Shown: positions 35,696 to 48,193 of the stretch, in pieces
How the letters are laid out: each line of letters begins with the position of its first letter
Position numbering within the stretch: position 1 is the first letter of the stretch
Made by a program: the position numbers and the translations under genes
Notes under the pieces: model-generated
Told to the model about the DNA's origin: nothing
The model's database searches: none
What the model saw: only the letters and a program-made list of their open reading frames with translations
Assembly: GCA_002633005.1 (NCBI GenBank)
Contig: NMRA01000011.1
Span: forward strand, 563,635-627,634
Origin: Phoronis australis
Taxonomy: Eukaryota; Animalia; Phoronida
Direction: 5' to 3'
Length of the DNA stretch: 64,000 nt

Positions 35696-38620
35696 GTGAG
35701 CATGCAACACTCTAAGCGTTGATAGCGAGCGTCGGAGCAGCGTTTCCATTGCTTGAAGCTCTCTTGTGATAAACGATGAATTTGAATAAACACAAGATGT
35801 ATTGATACGTACTGAAATGTTAACAGTTTATGCATATAGTGAAAACAATTTTGGTTAAGATATTGTTCGTGGTTTGAAAATCGCCAGTGTGTCTGAAATC
35901 AGAATGAATAATATGCATAAAGATTTGATTCATGATTTTATGATTACCTTATAACCACGTGTACGCTGCACTCTTAATCAGGATGCAGAGTGCTACAAGA
36001 AAATTAGGATAGCTACCCATTTACTGCTTAATTCCGTGGGAAAAATCATGACTTTCCCCTCTATTGTTCCAAAACGTCACAAAAGGTAACCTTTCAAGGA
36101 TTGTTTTTATTATTTGTTTATTTCACTTTCAAATAATGATTCTGTAGTGTTTGGAATGACTAGGGTTTTTGTATGTTTACACTGATTTAAATGTATCAGT
36201 TTATTTAAAAACTGTTTCTTTCCTGATTATTCTTGTGCATACAGTTCTCCACGAAGCCACTTTGTGGCGCTTGCTACAAATTTGAATATTCACGGTTTTA
36301 ATGAGACACAGCATGTTTAAGCGACTATGTTTCAGCTCACTATTAAACATATGGACCCAAGAGCGAAAGCATTAAACGGAGAGAACCGAGATACTGCGGA
36401 CAGTATCGAATTTTGGCGCTCAGTAAGGACACGCCCGAGATGAAAATCAGCGCTTATTCCATAAGAAACGCTCGTTTACATTCATTTAAGCCAACGTAGT
36501 TGCTGCAGGAAGTCAATACAAAATTTCCACTTCACAGATAGTGATTTCACATACTGCTCATAATCGCAAATTATCTAATGGAAATTAGATTTGAATTTTG
36601 AATCACAATTACGCCTTTCTCCGTAATAGAATAAATATATGCAGCAATATAAATTTTGTTTACGGAGTCGAGTTATATAAACTTGGTGTCGTGCCAACTG
36701 AGGCAGATCCCAAGTGCGTTACAGCTGAGGTCATTCATCATCACTGGTGGTTATAGCGGTTGAAACCTCGTCTAAACACGCCAATTTTCAAAACCAGGTC
36801 GAGTGAGCTCCAACAGTCTGTTCCACTATATACACAAAAGCTGAAAATTTGACGCGTATGATTGGCCAAAGACTTCAAAAACTTTGCACAACGTCTATTA
36901 AAAACTTAATCCAGAGTCAAATTTTCCACTTTTACGACTACCGGAAGTGCAGTCGGCTATTTGCAAAAACGAGCCAAAATACGCCAAACCAGCAGTTTTC
37001 ACACCAAAGCCACCATTTGCATGCGATTACTGATACAGTGTCTTCGGACTGTCAAAACTCCATTTTCCAGAATGAGGTAAAAAGTGGTTGTCGACTACCT
37101 AGGTTTTTCACAAATCCAAAGAGTTTTGAGGGTATCTGAATTTTCTTCCCGCTTTCAAGCAGTAAAGGTTTAAGAAAAGCCACGGCAGAGCAAAAAGTAG
37201 CCCAGGGGGTCAACAGCTGACAATCGTTCACTCAGAATATATTCGAAAATCAAGCAACGGATTCGTAGCATTGACATACAGCACAGAATTTGAAATGCCC
37301 AGCAAGCGCCAACTTTTAATGAAATTTGGGGAAGTAAAGTCAACCATAGCTCAAAAAACTATTGAGTAACACCTTAATCACTAAGCTTGGAAAATCATCG
37401 TTGCCACTGCCATTAACCGTTGGAGGGCGCTTGCTCGGCTGATGAATAACCGGATTTTAGTAGGAGTACAGTATTTAACATGGCCATTATCATGAACAGT
37501 CAGTTTCAAACCAAGGACACTCTATCTAGCCTCATTGCAGCCCACAGCGCGCAGTCGGCTTTGTGCAAGACACAAATGCAGTCATCAAGTTCCTAACTAT
37601 TGACTTCACAATTTGGAAAGTCATGTGAGTTGATATTTGGACAGTGTGATCGTAAACGTTGTTGTTACCCAGCGGACATCGACACTGAATTGAAAGTGTG
37701 TGAGAATTGTTGTAATGAGCGGACCACTCTGTTGAGGGGATCAACCTTAGTTGCTAAGTTACTCGACGTCATTTCTATGAGCAATCAACCAAAATAAATT
37801 GGAACCGTCTAGCTTCTGCTATGGCACTGGTGTTCAGGCTTACCCAATCCATTATTCGCTTACTTGTTTGCACGGAAATATAAATTCATCGCTTTGTGAT
37901 TTGAGAACAAATAAAGAAGAAACGATCTATGTAAAAGGTATTACATTTAACCTTTTCAATGAAAATTCCATGATTCTGAAAATCGGCAACTGATAACCCC
38001 GTGTCCCGTCGAAGTGAAACTGATTTATGGATTACGCCACTAGTGCCGCTATGAATTGGTATCAACTTCTTCCTTACTCAGATGGGCAGTGATTATGATC
38101 TTGCATAGTGAGAGTTTGTCACTGATCGAGAGCATGCTCAGTAACTATCGCCGTGACAAGTCCACTTGCATGGCCTAATCTCAAGCAATAACCAGTTGCG
38201 AATTCTTCCCTAGTTCATAAATATTATTTATTTTGACTACAGAATAGTTTAATACCTATTTCTTGACGGTAAGTGTTCTTAATCAAAATTATTTTTGTCA
38301 CGGAAAGCGGGTCAATGGCTGCTTTAGTCTATCAAGTATTATACAGCAACTTCACCAGCGGACGACTTTCGGAGTCTCGGGTCCTCTTCCGGGACATGAC
38401 CAAAACGCCACCGCATCACAATCACCCGTCACACACACTATTTCAGTCGACACATCTTTAATCAAACATTTCTCAGGCTTAGCAAAGGTATTATTTTTGG
38501 CTCGGAAAACTGACTCTGATTTCAAAAACTATGACTAAATGTGCTTTTATGAACGGATCACACTCACTGCAGGCTCGGGTATGGCGGAAACGCAGACATG
38601 CGAACGCTTGCGTTTTTTCC

Positions 38621-40490
38621 CGGGAATGTGCGGACTTTCGTTGTCATTTAAACACAGACTGGTTCATGCGCATACTGCGCACCAGAATATAATCACCATA
38701 CCTTACTTGTGCTAGCTTTCCCTTTAAGGGATGAAACAGAATTCGCGTCAACTTGAAATCGGCCAGAGCTCATCGATATGCGCTAAGTTACATGTGATGA
38801 ACAGCGACCCTTCTGTAAGTCAGGCTAACCGACTGTCGATTGGTGTCGTCCCATCTTCGTCTCTACCACTCCTCGTAGCGGCTGAGATGAAAGATTCTTT
38901 GTTGGTTAAATTAAAAACTGTTAACCAGGACTATACGTGCACTCTAGACAGCTGAACGTAAAGGTTTCGTTGTGTTTCTGCTCTACTGTGTAAAGGAGGG
39001 GCGCTGTAACGTTGGGTCTTCTTTTGATTGCTAGAAGTACTTCGTGACCACGTTACCAATTGGTCTTTCTGCTGTCTAGTAATCAATGTGTAGTTGAATA
39101 TCTGCTCGTAAAGTAAAGTAGCAGACTATTGCTGAAAGTAACGACACTTTGCACATGACTCCAAATCAGGGGAGTCAATTATGACTGAATTCTCGGCTTG
39201 CACGAAGCTGACTGCCATGCGCCGGAGGCCGGATCGAAGCTGACAGACAGTGGAGAATGAGAACCACAATAGGGCCCTTTCTATATTGGCACTCTCGAGA
39301 GTAATGAGAACACGAACGTGACTTCCGAATGATACTGGCTCAGGCGGAATTTTGCCAACACTGTAATGTCGGAAAAGGTGTTAAAACGTTTTTTATATCA
39401 GTAGTCCGCAGTACTTGGGATCTGTTGGAAGCGACGAACGTTTGTCCATCTGGGGCTTGATAGCCGCCTGACCTCTTAGTGAATTTCAATATGGCGCGGT
39501 TATTTCGAAAGTCAGCTGTTGTGGGGCTACAATTCACTAACACTAGTGGCATCTNCGGGAATGTGCGGACTTTCGTTGTCATTTAAACACAGACTGGTTC
39601 ATGCGCATACTGCGCACCAGAATATAATCACCATACCTTACTTGTGCTAGCTTTCCCTTTAAGGGATGAAACAGAATTCGCGTCAACTTGAAATCGGCCA
39701 GAGCTCATCGATATGCGCTAAGTTACATGTGGTGAACAGCGACCCTTCTGTAAGTCAGGCTAACCGACTGTCGATTGGTGTCGTCCCATCTTCGTCTCTA
39801 CCACTCCTCGTAGCGGCCGAGATGAAAGATTCTTTGTTGGTTAAATTAAAAACTGTTAACCAGGACTATAAGTGCACTCTAGACAGCTGAACGTAAAGGT
39901 TTCGTTATGTTTCTGCTCTACTGTGTAAAGGAGGGGGCGCTGTAACGTTGCGTCTTCTTTTGATTGCTAGAAGTACTTCGTGACCACGTTACCAATTGGT
40001 CTTTCTGCTGTCTAGTAATCAATGTGTAGTTGAATATCTGCTCGTAAAGTAAATTAGCAGACTATTGCTGAAAGTAACGACACTTTGCACATGACTCCAA
40101 ATGAGGGGAGTCAATTATGACTGAATTCTCGGCTTGCACGAAGCCGACTGCCATGCGCCGGAGGCCGGATCGAAGTTGACAGACAGTGGAGAATGAGAAC
40201 CACAATAGGGCCATTTCTATATTGGCACTCTCGAGAGTAATGAGAACACGAACGTGACTTCCGAATGATACTGGCTCAGGCGGAATTTTGCCAACACTGT
40301 AATGTCGGAAAAGGTGTTAAAACGTTTTTTATACCAGTAGTCCGCAGTACTTGGGATCTGTTGAAAGCGACGAACGTTTGTCCATCTGGGGCTTGATAGC
40401 CGCCTGACCTCTTAGTGAATTTCAATATGGCGCGGTTATTTCGAAAGTCAGCTGTTGTGGGGCTACAATTCACTAACACTAGTGGCATCT
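38621..40490. other. Near-identical duplication across N at 39555 (38621-39554 vs 39556-40490)
   Basis: Twin ORFs 38731 and 39666 in the track; single-N junction. Confidence 0.85.
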
Positions 40491-41924
40491 TATGGTACAA
40501 AGTAGAAGCTCGTGCAATTTGAATTGGGAGAGAGGTGTTCTTAGTAGGGGTAAAATATGTCATATTCAAAGCGCCACTAGTATGTCACCTCTAGGGACCA
40601 ATTTGGTGTCAATTGTGTAGGTAGAGACTTCCACTTCAAATTACACATTGGATTGCTGGCAAGCAGTGGACAGTACGTTTTACACTCACATTTGAAAATT
40701 GCTCGGAAATAGTTGTCCGTTCCTGGTAATGTCCTCCTGATATCACGTGGTGTATTATAGGCTACTGCGTTTCTTCAGCCTCCCATTCGTATGATTGCTG
40801 GGTATCACTGATCAGTAAAACGCAGGCTTCGCTCTCCATCGTATTAATGTTCCGACTTATTCCCGTACCACGCGTTTACGACAAACGTCAAGGAGATTAT
40901 GTCCACACTCCTTTCCTTATTACCATTCTTCCACGAAAGGCCTCTCTTTGCAGGTCGGGTTGTGACGAAAGGGAGTAAACCGGCAGTGTTTGTCGGCAAC
41001 CATTTTGAATTTGTGAGACCAGAATGTAGTTGGTTATGGTCTGTGACATTTTTACGTGGTACTGGTGTGGTAATCTTAGTCATTCACTTTGACAAAAGTC
41101 CACTGACATGGACACAAAAAAGGCGCGGGATCTTCTTTTTTATCATCTTAGTACTGCTGCAGTAGTTATTTTGTCGACCGGTTGGAGGCGCACTCGGCGT
41201 GCGTGAGGCGGTGAGTTGTTTGACTTCCTGGCGTTTAAAACCTTGCTTGTCTACGTTTATGAAAAAAATGCTCAACTTTACGAATTCGAGTTCGGCATCC
41301 GTTGCACATGCGCTGGTGGTAACTAGGTAAGCAAGCCAAATTTGTGTATTGCGCTCTATGGGAACTCGCCGATAAAATGAAAAATTCTCTTCAACTGTTG
41401 CTTAATAATACATTTGTGCCAATTTATGGCATTGGCACACGAGTAGTGCGTAGTAATTTGCGATTGTTGTGGTAATTTATAAGGCTTTAATTGAAATAAT
41501 TGAAAGACTGGTTTTTTCTTTGTATCGAGGCTAACTAACAGTGTAAACCTCGACACCCGGGATGGACTCCGCGGACACCTTGCACAATGTGCAAATAACC
41601 GGATTTTACCGACAACATCGCCATTTTACAATGTGCTGCGAAAATGCGAGTTTGCTACTACCCTAAATATGTTGGTCATGGCAAAACTTCAACCTGCTCA
41701 CAAATCCAGTCAATAACTTTCCACTTACATAGGAAACGCCTATGAATGAGTTTCATTGCCCTTCCCAAGTCAATATTCGAAATATTCAACATGGTGGACG
41801 AAACCGTGGACTCGTGGTGATTTGAGAGCTATTGAGTCTCAAAATGAATCAAGGTGCGGACCATAACCAACTATGCTTTATTTTCAACCTTATCCATTTT
41901 ATTCAATGCAGTTACACTTTTCAG

Positions 41925-42120
41925 GTGACAGGCTATGTGCTGATTGCGATGAACTACGTGAGTGACATCCCACTGAACAAACTCAAAGTTATCAAAGGGC
42001 ATTCCTTGATATCGATAGAGAGGCAGGCGGACAACGCGCTGTTTGTAGCACTCAACTACTTGCCAGGCTCATATTCAAGCAGAGTCGGGCTCAGGTCATT
42101 GCGTCTCAAAGCTCTCAAAG
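41925..42120 (+). CDS. EGFR/ErbB-like L-domain gene, exon 3
   Basis: ttttcag|VTGYVLIAMNYVSDIPLNKLKVIKGHSLISIERQADNALFVALNYLPGSYSSRVGLRSLRLKALK G|gtgag. Matches EGFR [25 protein letters not shown]...ALAVLSNY...GLKELPMRNLQ. Phase 0 in, phase 1 out. Confidence 0.93.
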
Positions 42121-42573
42121 GTGAGACTGGTAATCACGTTCGGGGCAAGGGTTCAAGGTGATTTGGGCCTCTTTCAAAATCAAGAGTGTAGAGCGAACAC
42201 AATCTATGTGATGCGACCACATCTGGTCTTGGGGAAGAGTGGTCATCAAGTTTTTTGGTCATTGAAAATCTTACGTCAGGCTCACTGGTGTTTTCTAGGA
42301 AATAAAATTGCTAAAATGGGTAAAAAGAAATATTGCATGTCCAGCTTTTTTATAAGAAAATGACATTATCAGAAATTTGTGAACTTCAATTTCCCCGAAA
42401 TTTTGTATTTTACGTCCGCAAAGCGTTTCATTTGGATTATTGTTGGATGGGAGAACCCTCGTGTTTTGCTAACAAATCGCGAATTGTCGCCGTTGTCAGA
42501 CTCTAAATCGGCTCTACCCTTCAAATGTTTTTGTGATGACTTCCTATTACTATGTATTTTACATGTGTTTCAG

Positions 42574-42752
42574 AGATTCGCAGGGGAAACGTTTTCATCT
42601 TTGATAACAAGTTTCTCTGTGATTATCCTCGAGAAGAAAGCTTCTGGAACATCGTTTTGGAGAAGTCTGACAGCGCCATCTATAAGGCGCACGACAATTG
42701 CTACCGAGATGAACTGGAGATTAACGACTTGATACTTGAACAGTTATTTTAG
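42574..42752 (+). CDS. EGFR/ErbB-like L-domain gene, exon 4 (apparently terminal, in-frame TAG)
   Basis: gtttcag|AG ATT CGC...: (E)IRRGNVFIFDNKFLCDYPREESFWNIVLEKSDSAIYKAHDNCYRDELEINDLILEQLF*. Matches EGFR EILHGAVRFSNNPALC...WRDIV. No convincing GT donor before the stop; ATTAAA at 42975-42980. Confidence 0.85.
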
Positions 42753-43660
42753 ATTGATTAGTGTAGGAGATTTGAACAGATACCAAGCTATCAGTATTAA
42801 TTTAGTAGTGATTGATTTTATTCAATTGTATGAACCATATATTGTTGCACGAGGGTTACGTCAGAAATAGTCCGTTCACGTGATATATGCATTTGCAATG
42901 TACAAGATGCGATTCAGCCCATCTACACGTCATCAGTGACTGTGGTTTCCTGTTGTGCCGGAACGTGATTTATTATTAAAGCTATACAAATCTTTTGTGC
43001 TTTATTGAAACAATATCCAGACCAGTGGATAACGTCGACTTGACGCATACGCGAACTTTTGCGTAACTGATCTTGTTTTGACCCATAGATGGAGTTTTGG
43101 TCAAGCGGTGCGGAGCTCAGCTATGTGTAATAGAATTGAAATCATAAATCCTTGAACGTTCAGAGATGGTTTCTCTACACGTTCATGAAGCGCACTCAAA
43201 CCAATCCAAACAGACAAATATAACATCATCTCACAGACCGTGCCTTGTACTGCAAAGATGACTAAAAACAACAGAATGTGCTCTCACGATTAACATGACG
43301 ATGGTGAGACGTACGCACCTTCAAAAAAATGTTTCGTCTCACTGACATAACTTCCGGACATTGAGCTTCAATACACTGTGGTTCATATATTACATGACAA
43401 TCTGTAAAAGTTTAAGAGCTAAATGTAAGTCTTTATAACGCGTGGAAATGATGAATAAATGCGTTGCAAGAGTCAAAAATCATGAGTGACGTAATGGTTG
43501 TTTCAAAAACGTATATACCATGCAGAAGCCAACACCGCACTCGTCCGCATATTGATGGTCAAGAGAAACGAGCACTTTTCAAAACAATGTTTATTTACAA
43601 AAACTTATGAAACATACCACGCAGTTGGTAACAACAGTCACAGTAAGTGAGCGCCGGATT

Positions 43661-44178
43661 TGTGCCACGTTTTTCACTGTGGATGGTTGGGCGCACTTCA
43701 TTAATTTCATCTATACGTTCACAAATCTACTCAAACAAAACGTCCGACGTTGTGTCAATTCTATGCTCAAACCAGTGCTGCGATGCCTTGATTGTGATGA
43801 ACTTCTGAGGCACTTCCAACAACTTTTACACTCGTTGATTCAATAACCTGCTGTCTCTATAGATGGCTCTGTATTGACTAGCGCTGTAACTGCTGATTCT
43901 CTTTTCTGAAACTCAACTATAACTTTAACTGTAACTGACTTTCAACTCCCTTCAAACTGAAATTAACTGGCTCACTAACCCGTGCTTGAGTATTTATAGT
44001 CTCTTATAATGTTATGGAACTTTTCACCAATTCAAACACATCCTAGAACTTTTTGGAAACTACCAAATTATTCTACATGCATACATTAGGCTCTAGAATG
44101 TTCCGGACTATATTAATTACTAACATTCTAGAATCTTCTAGAATGTTCTCTGCTATTCTAGCCAATCTCCTGACCACA
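43661..44178 (-). mobile_element. Solo LTR related to the 54.7-55.3 kb LTR
   Basis: TGTG...CACA ends. Colinear similarity to 54677-55200, e.g. ttacactcgtt(ca)ttgattcaataac(c/t)tgctgtctctatag, tatttatag and acat(c/t)ctagaacttt. Confidence 0.6.
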
Positions 44179-44207
44179 GAACAATAAAATAAAATTTATT
44201 GAACTAA

Positions 44208-44703
44208 TAGCGTTTTCCCATTAGGGGAACTTCGGTTTACCGATGCTTTGCCGAAATTTCGCTTACCTTTGCTGCTATACAGTGATATCGAAGTTATCGC
44301 TATGACAACACAAGACACAGTTCATGAGTAGCTCGTGAGTAGTGAGTTTGAGGCTAACTGAAAATTGTTCTGCCATTTATGAGTGTTTGAAAATGATCAG
44401 TGTCAATCTTCATCAGATATGCTTTTTTTTATTGATTTACGTGTGTCTATTGAGAGCACGTCGCAACGCTACAATATCAAAGAACACGTTTTGCGAGTCT
44501 CGCTTGATCGTATATCGTTGCCGCGACCCCTACCGTTAACTTCAACGAAGCTTCGCATTTAGCGTTCCCACTACACTGAAGCTTCTTTTTCAAATCCTAC
44601 TATTTTAAGCAAAGTTTCACTTGCAGAGTAACTACCGGAGTTAACTTTCCCATTTACCGAAACTTCGGTAAAGCGAAGTTTCGCTTCTAATGGGAAAGCA
44701 ACC
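44208..44703. mobile_element. PIF/Harbinger-type MITE (TAA TSD)
   Basis: taa|TAGCGTTTTCCCATTAGGGGAACTTCGGTTTACCGA ... TCGGTAAAGCGAAGTTTCGCTTCTAATGGGAAAGCAACC|taa; imperfect ~35-bp TIR. Confidence 0.6.
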
Positions 44704-47700
44704 TAAGACTCCTGACAGTTTGCAAAACTGGCCTTGTTGAATAAGAGCCGCGTTTTAAATAAATGCCGGTTTTGAATAAATGGCAGGTCAAAAATGTCTT
44801 AGAAAAAGATGCACTCGGGCGTAAATACACAACACTGCGTTGTTGTTTTCTAATGAAAAATTTCGTTTTTGAAAAGGCTTTCACCAACACGCACGGTTTG
44901 TTTATGTGCGACATGTCAATAAAGTCAAATCTCCGGCCTAAGTTTTCCCCACAAAGCAAAGCCCTATTGTCAGTCAACTCATACACTATGTCGAATGAAC
45001 CAGCTGTATATAGTATCGTTTCAAAGTTCCTAACATTTTTATTCATTGTTATGCCACGTTAAAGTCAGATCGTGATGGGAAATACATGTAAGAATGCAAG
45101 ATGACGCGCGCGTGTAAACCGACAAGATGTGAAACTCAATTCCCTGCAACAGTCTGGATTACACAACCCTCCAGTAAAGTCAAGAAGACTTCATCACACT
45201 TCTGCAAATCCTACCAGTCACACTCTCACCGACTATCTACGTGTAGTTTCAGTCAATTTATTCCATTGCCTGTGACTCACTCGAACGTTAAGCTTGTGTT
45301 CGGCTTCGAACACCGCGCTTCAAGTTCCAGTGTTTAAATGAATTAGTGTTTCTTTTTTCACTGATCAATTTGGCATTATTTTGAGAAAATAAACTAAATA
45401 ATGGAACTTGAATACGTAACAGCGACTGCCACGACCGTAAAGCGTGGCTTAGAACATAATTCGAGAACATTTTTCAGCGATTGGTGCTTGACACCAAAAT
45501 TCGGAACTCAATATCTCGAGAAAGAGTCCATCAATTTTTATCGTGTTTAAATTTTCTGACAGCACAATGTCTTATTGTGGAAGCCGTGTCTCAGAGTTTT
45601 TATTACAGCTTTTTGTTATTACTTTGTGAAATGAAATTTCTCCATATATGTTGCTTTGACATATTTTTTGTTTATTTGTTTCTACAGATTTGTACTAGAG
45701 ATCTAATGTTTCGTCTGATTGACAAGAACTTTTTTACTTAGTCAAGAGCCCGAGGACTGCTGTTCTTTGGCGAAATCGGACACAAGATGGCACTGTGGCG
45801 GCCAATGTTGAGTTATGTTTGAGGAGATCTAAGTCCGCGATCCTTTGACAGAACCTATTCAAAACTGGTAAGTAAATAGATGTCCTTGCGGGCTATCTAA
45901 CAGATTGGCGTAAAAATCGTCGAGGTCATAGTTGCTGATGTTCCTGGTTTCGTCGTCGATCTCACCTTTAGATTTTTATTCGATTTCACCAAGTGAAAAT
46001 CAAGAGTGATATTGTTTTTAGATAAGTGCTCAACACTGAACGTATTTTCACCATGAAAAACATAGACGCCAGCTCTGGAAAATCTCAGAATCGGTTTTTG
46101 AGCAATATTATCAAAGTTTTGTTACAGAATGTTCGATGAATGCTGCTGAAGGGACTTGCTCCCTGTCAATGTACCTTTCAAAAACATTTTATTGAAAATA
46201 CACCGTCCGTGACCACGAGAACGGCACAGTGTTGTGAATTACATGAGAAGGTTGGTCTTGACTCCTAATTTTAGAAAACATATCCTTTTGTGGATTGAAT
46301 GTCGCTAGTTACTTAGATAGTTCAAAAAGGCAACATTTTAATTAGGGGTAAACGTAACCTTTTGCGAAGGAATGACGGTTTGCCGGTTGTTCACGCCGTT
46401 ATGTGACTCGGCAGTCCTTGACAAAGGACTGTGTAGTTCAAAACGTCCAAAACGGCAAAAGGGAATTACTTTACCCTACGGCTACCAGAGACTCTGTAAA
46501 ATTTTTCTATCAGTATGCAAGTTGTAGACGGTCTGTAACGAGGCAGACCGCGTTGAATCGTCGTGTGTCGGTGTTTTTCCAACTTTTTAAAGGATGGTAC
46601 CGCAGTCAAACTATTCTGTCAAACTGGATCATAACCAACGTGTTTAGATGCAAGTGTTTCCTCGAGCACCAGCGTTAAAGCAAAAAAAAACAGTAGGCAC
46701 TGGCAATCGAGTGTCGCTGTTTGTTCGTTAAAAACAACGGTGAAACAAAAGAGAAACAAGGATGGCGATTGTAATGTCATTCATTATGGTTCCTTGTTTT
46801 CCAAATAAGAAGGGACTTTAGTGGCACTAAAGACAAACTAAATGGGTGTTCATCGGGAAGTTTTTCTAGAAACATATAGACATTTATTCAACGTACACAG
46901 GATTTGTTAATGTATCGAAATATCAATACGATGATCCGAGAAACATTATCGCAATGTCTATTTGTAAGATCTTCGCCCGGAGCTTCATTTTCCATGATTT
47001 AACTGAATTAGACCATGAGTTGTCAAGGTCATGGATTCCACATGAGGCTACCAAAGTTTCTGATGCCTTATGCCGTAACCGTAGCACCGTACTTCTACGA
47101 GCGTTTGAGCGAGACGACACCAAAACTCTAACTACATTAAAAACGTTACAGTCGCTGGCAAGGTCAGAAATCTTCAGCCCTCCAAAACTACTTCTGTAAA
47201 ATGACTCGTGTGCGGGTGGTAATCGATTGGTTGCCGTACTCGCATCTCTTATGTCATGTTGGCTGTATTCACTCTCGAAAGGGTCGCTGCACACTCAAAG
47301 TCAGTCAATTCGCATATCGCCATCAACCATGGACTTTTCAAAATGCGACAAAAACATCAATCCAGCTATAACTAAAAGTCCTTACATCGAGTTCAAGTTT
47401 ACGTCCTGTTGAAACTTTGAAGTCATCGACAAAAATAACAGCATGCCTGTCTGAGATTGTGCCCAGCGGCTTAAGTGGATCAGTTCAGCATCGTACGTAC
47501 TTTCTTAAATTCAACGTACTCAAAGCTTAACTTGAACGTTGTTCAAATTTGCGGTATTTGCAGAAATTTCTAAATGCCTATTTTGGTAAATGAATATCAA
47601 CCCAAGCGCCACCATACGAGGAGGTCGAATGTTACTAACAGAAGATGACTGGCGTGTCACGATACAAAGTTAGCGCATCACTAAGGCGATTACACCGAAA

Positions 47701-47990
47701 CTCCAAATTTGGTGTAAAATTGTTGTAAGAAAATTACCATGTAAGTTACCGAAGGAAACATACAGCTCGCACCTGCGCTGTATTTGAAAGTTAACTCGGT
47801 GCAAGGATATTCTACCGACAATTTGCTCGATTCCATCTCGGTAAAGTTTACGATCTAATGCAAGATGGTAGTACGACCACGCGGCATTTCACAGATCCCC
47901 GACAAAGGGGGCAACAACAACAATGTGGCGCCCTGTGAGGTGCGATCAATAAGGCTTTATCCAACAACATTGGGTTGGAAAATTACGTCA

Positions 47991-48193
47991 TCACCATATT
48001 TTGTTTCGAGTTAAATGTTTTACAATATCTTTCATTAACCGATATCTCTGGAACACCATATAACGTTTGGAATCCTCGTATCTGCTGTCCATCTGACGGA
48101 TCATGTCTTTCACCATTTGGTTCTTTCTTCTCGACTCCCGGATCTGTTCTTGTAGGTCGTTATTTTCGTTATTTAAATCTTGAACACTCATGT
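47991..48193 (-). CDS. Uncharacterised coiled-coil repeat protein, last coding exon
   Basis: ttttctgtttccag|AC ATG AGT...: (D)MSVQDLNNENNDLQEQIRESRRKNQMVKDMIRQMDSRYEDSKRYMVFQRYRLMKDIVKHLTRNKIW*. Phase 1, compatible with the 57625 donor, and homologous to the first half of that exon. Confidence 0.8.

Noticed and set aside
45688-45867. Exon-like segment (ctacag| ... |gtaagt) as exon 5 of the ErbB-like gene
   Set aside because: Stops in all three frames and no furin-like cysteine pattern.
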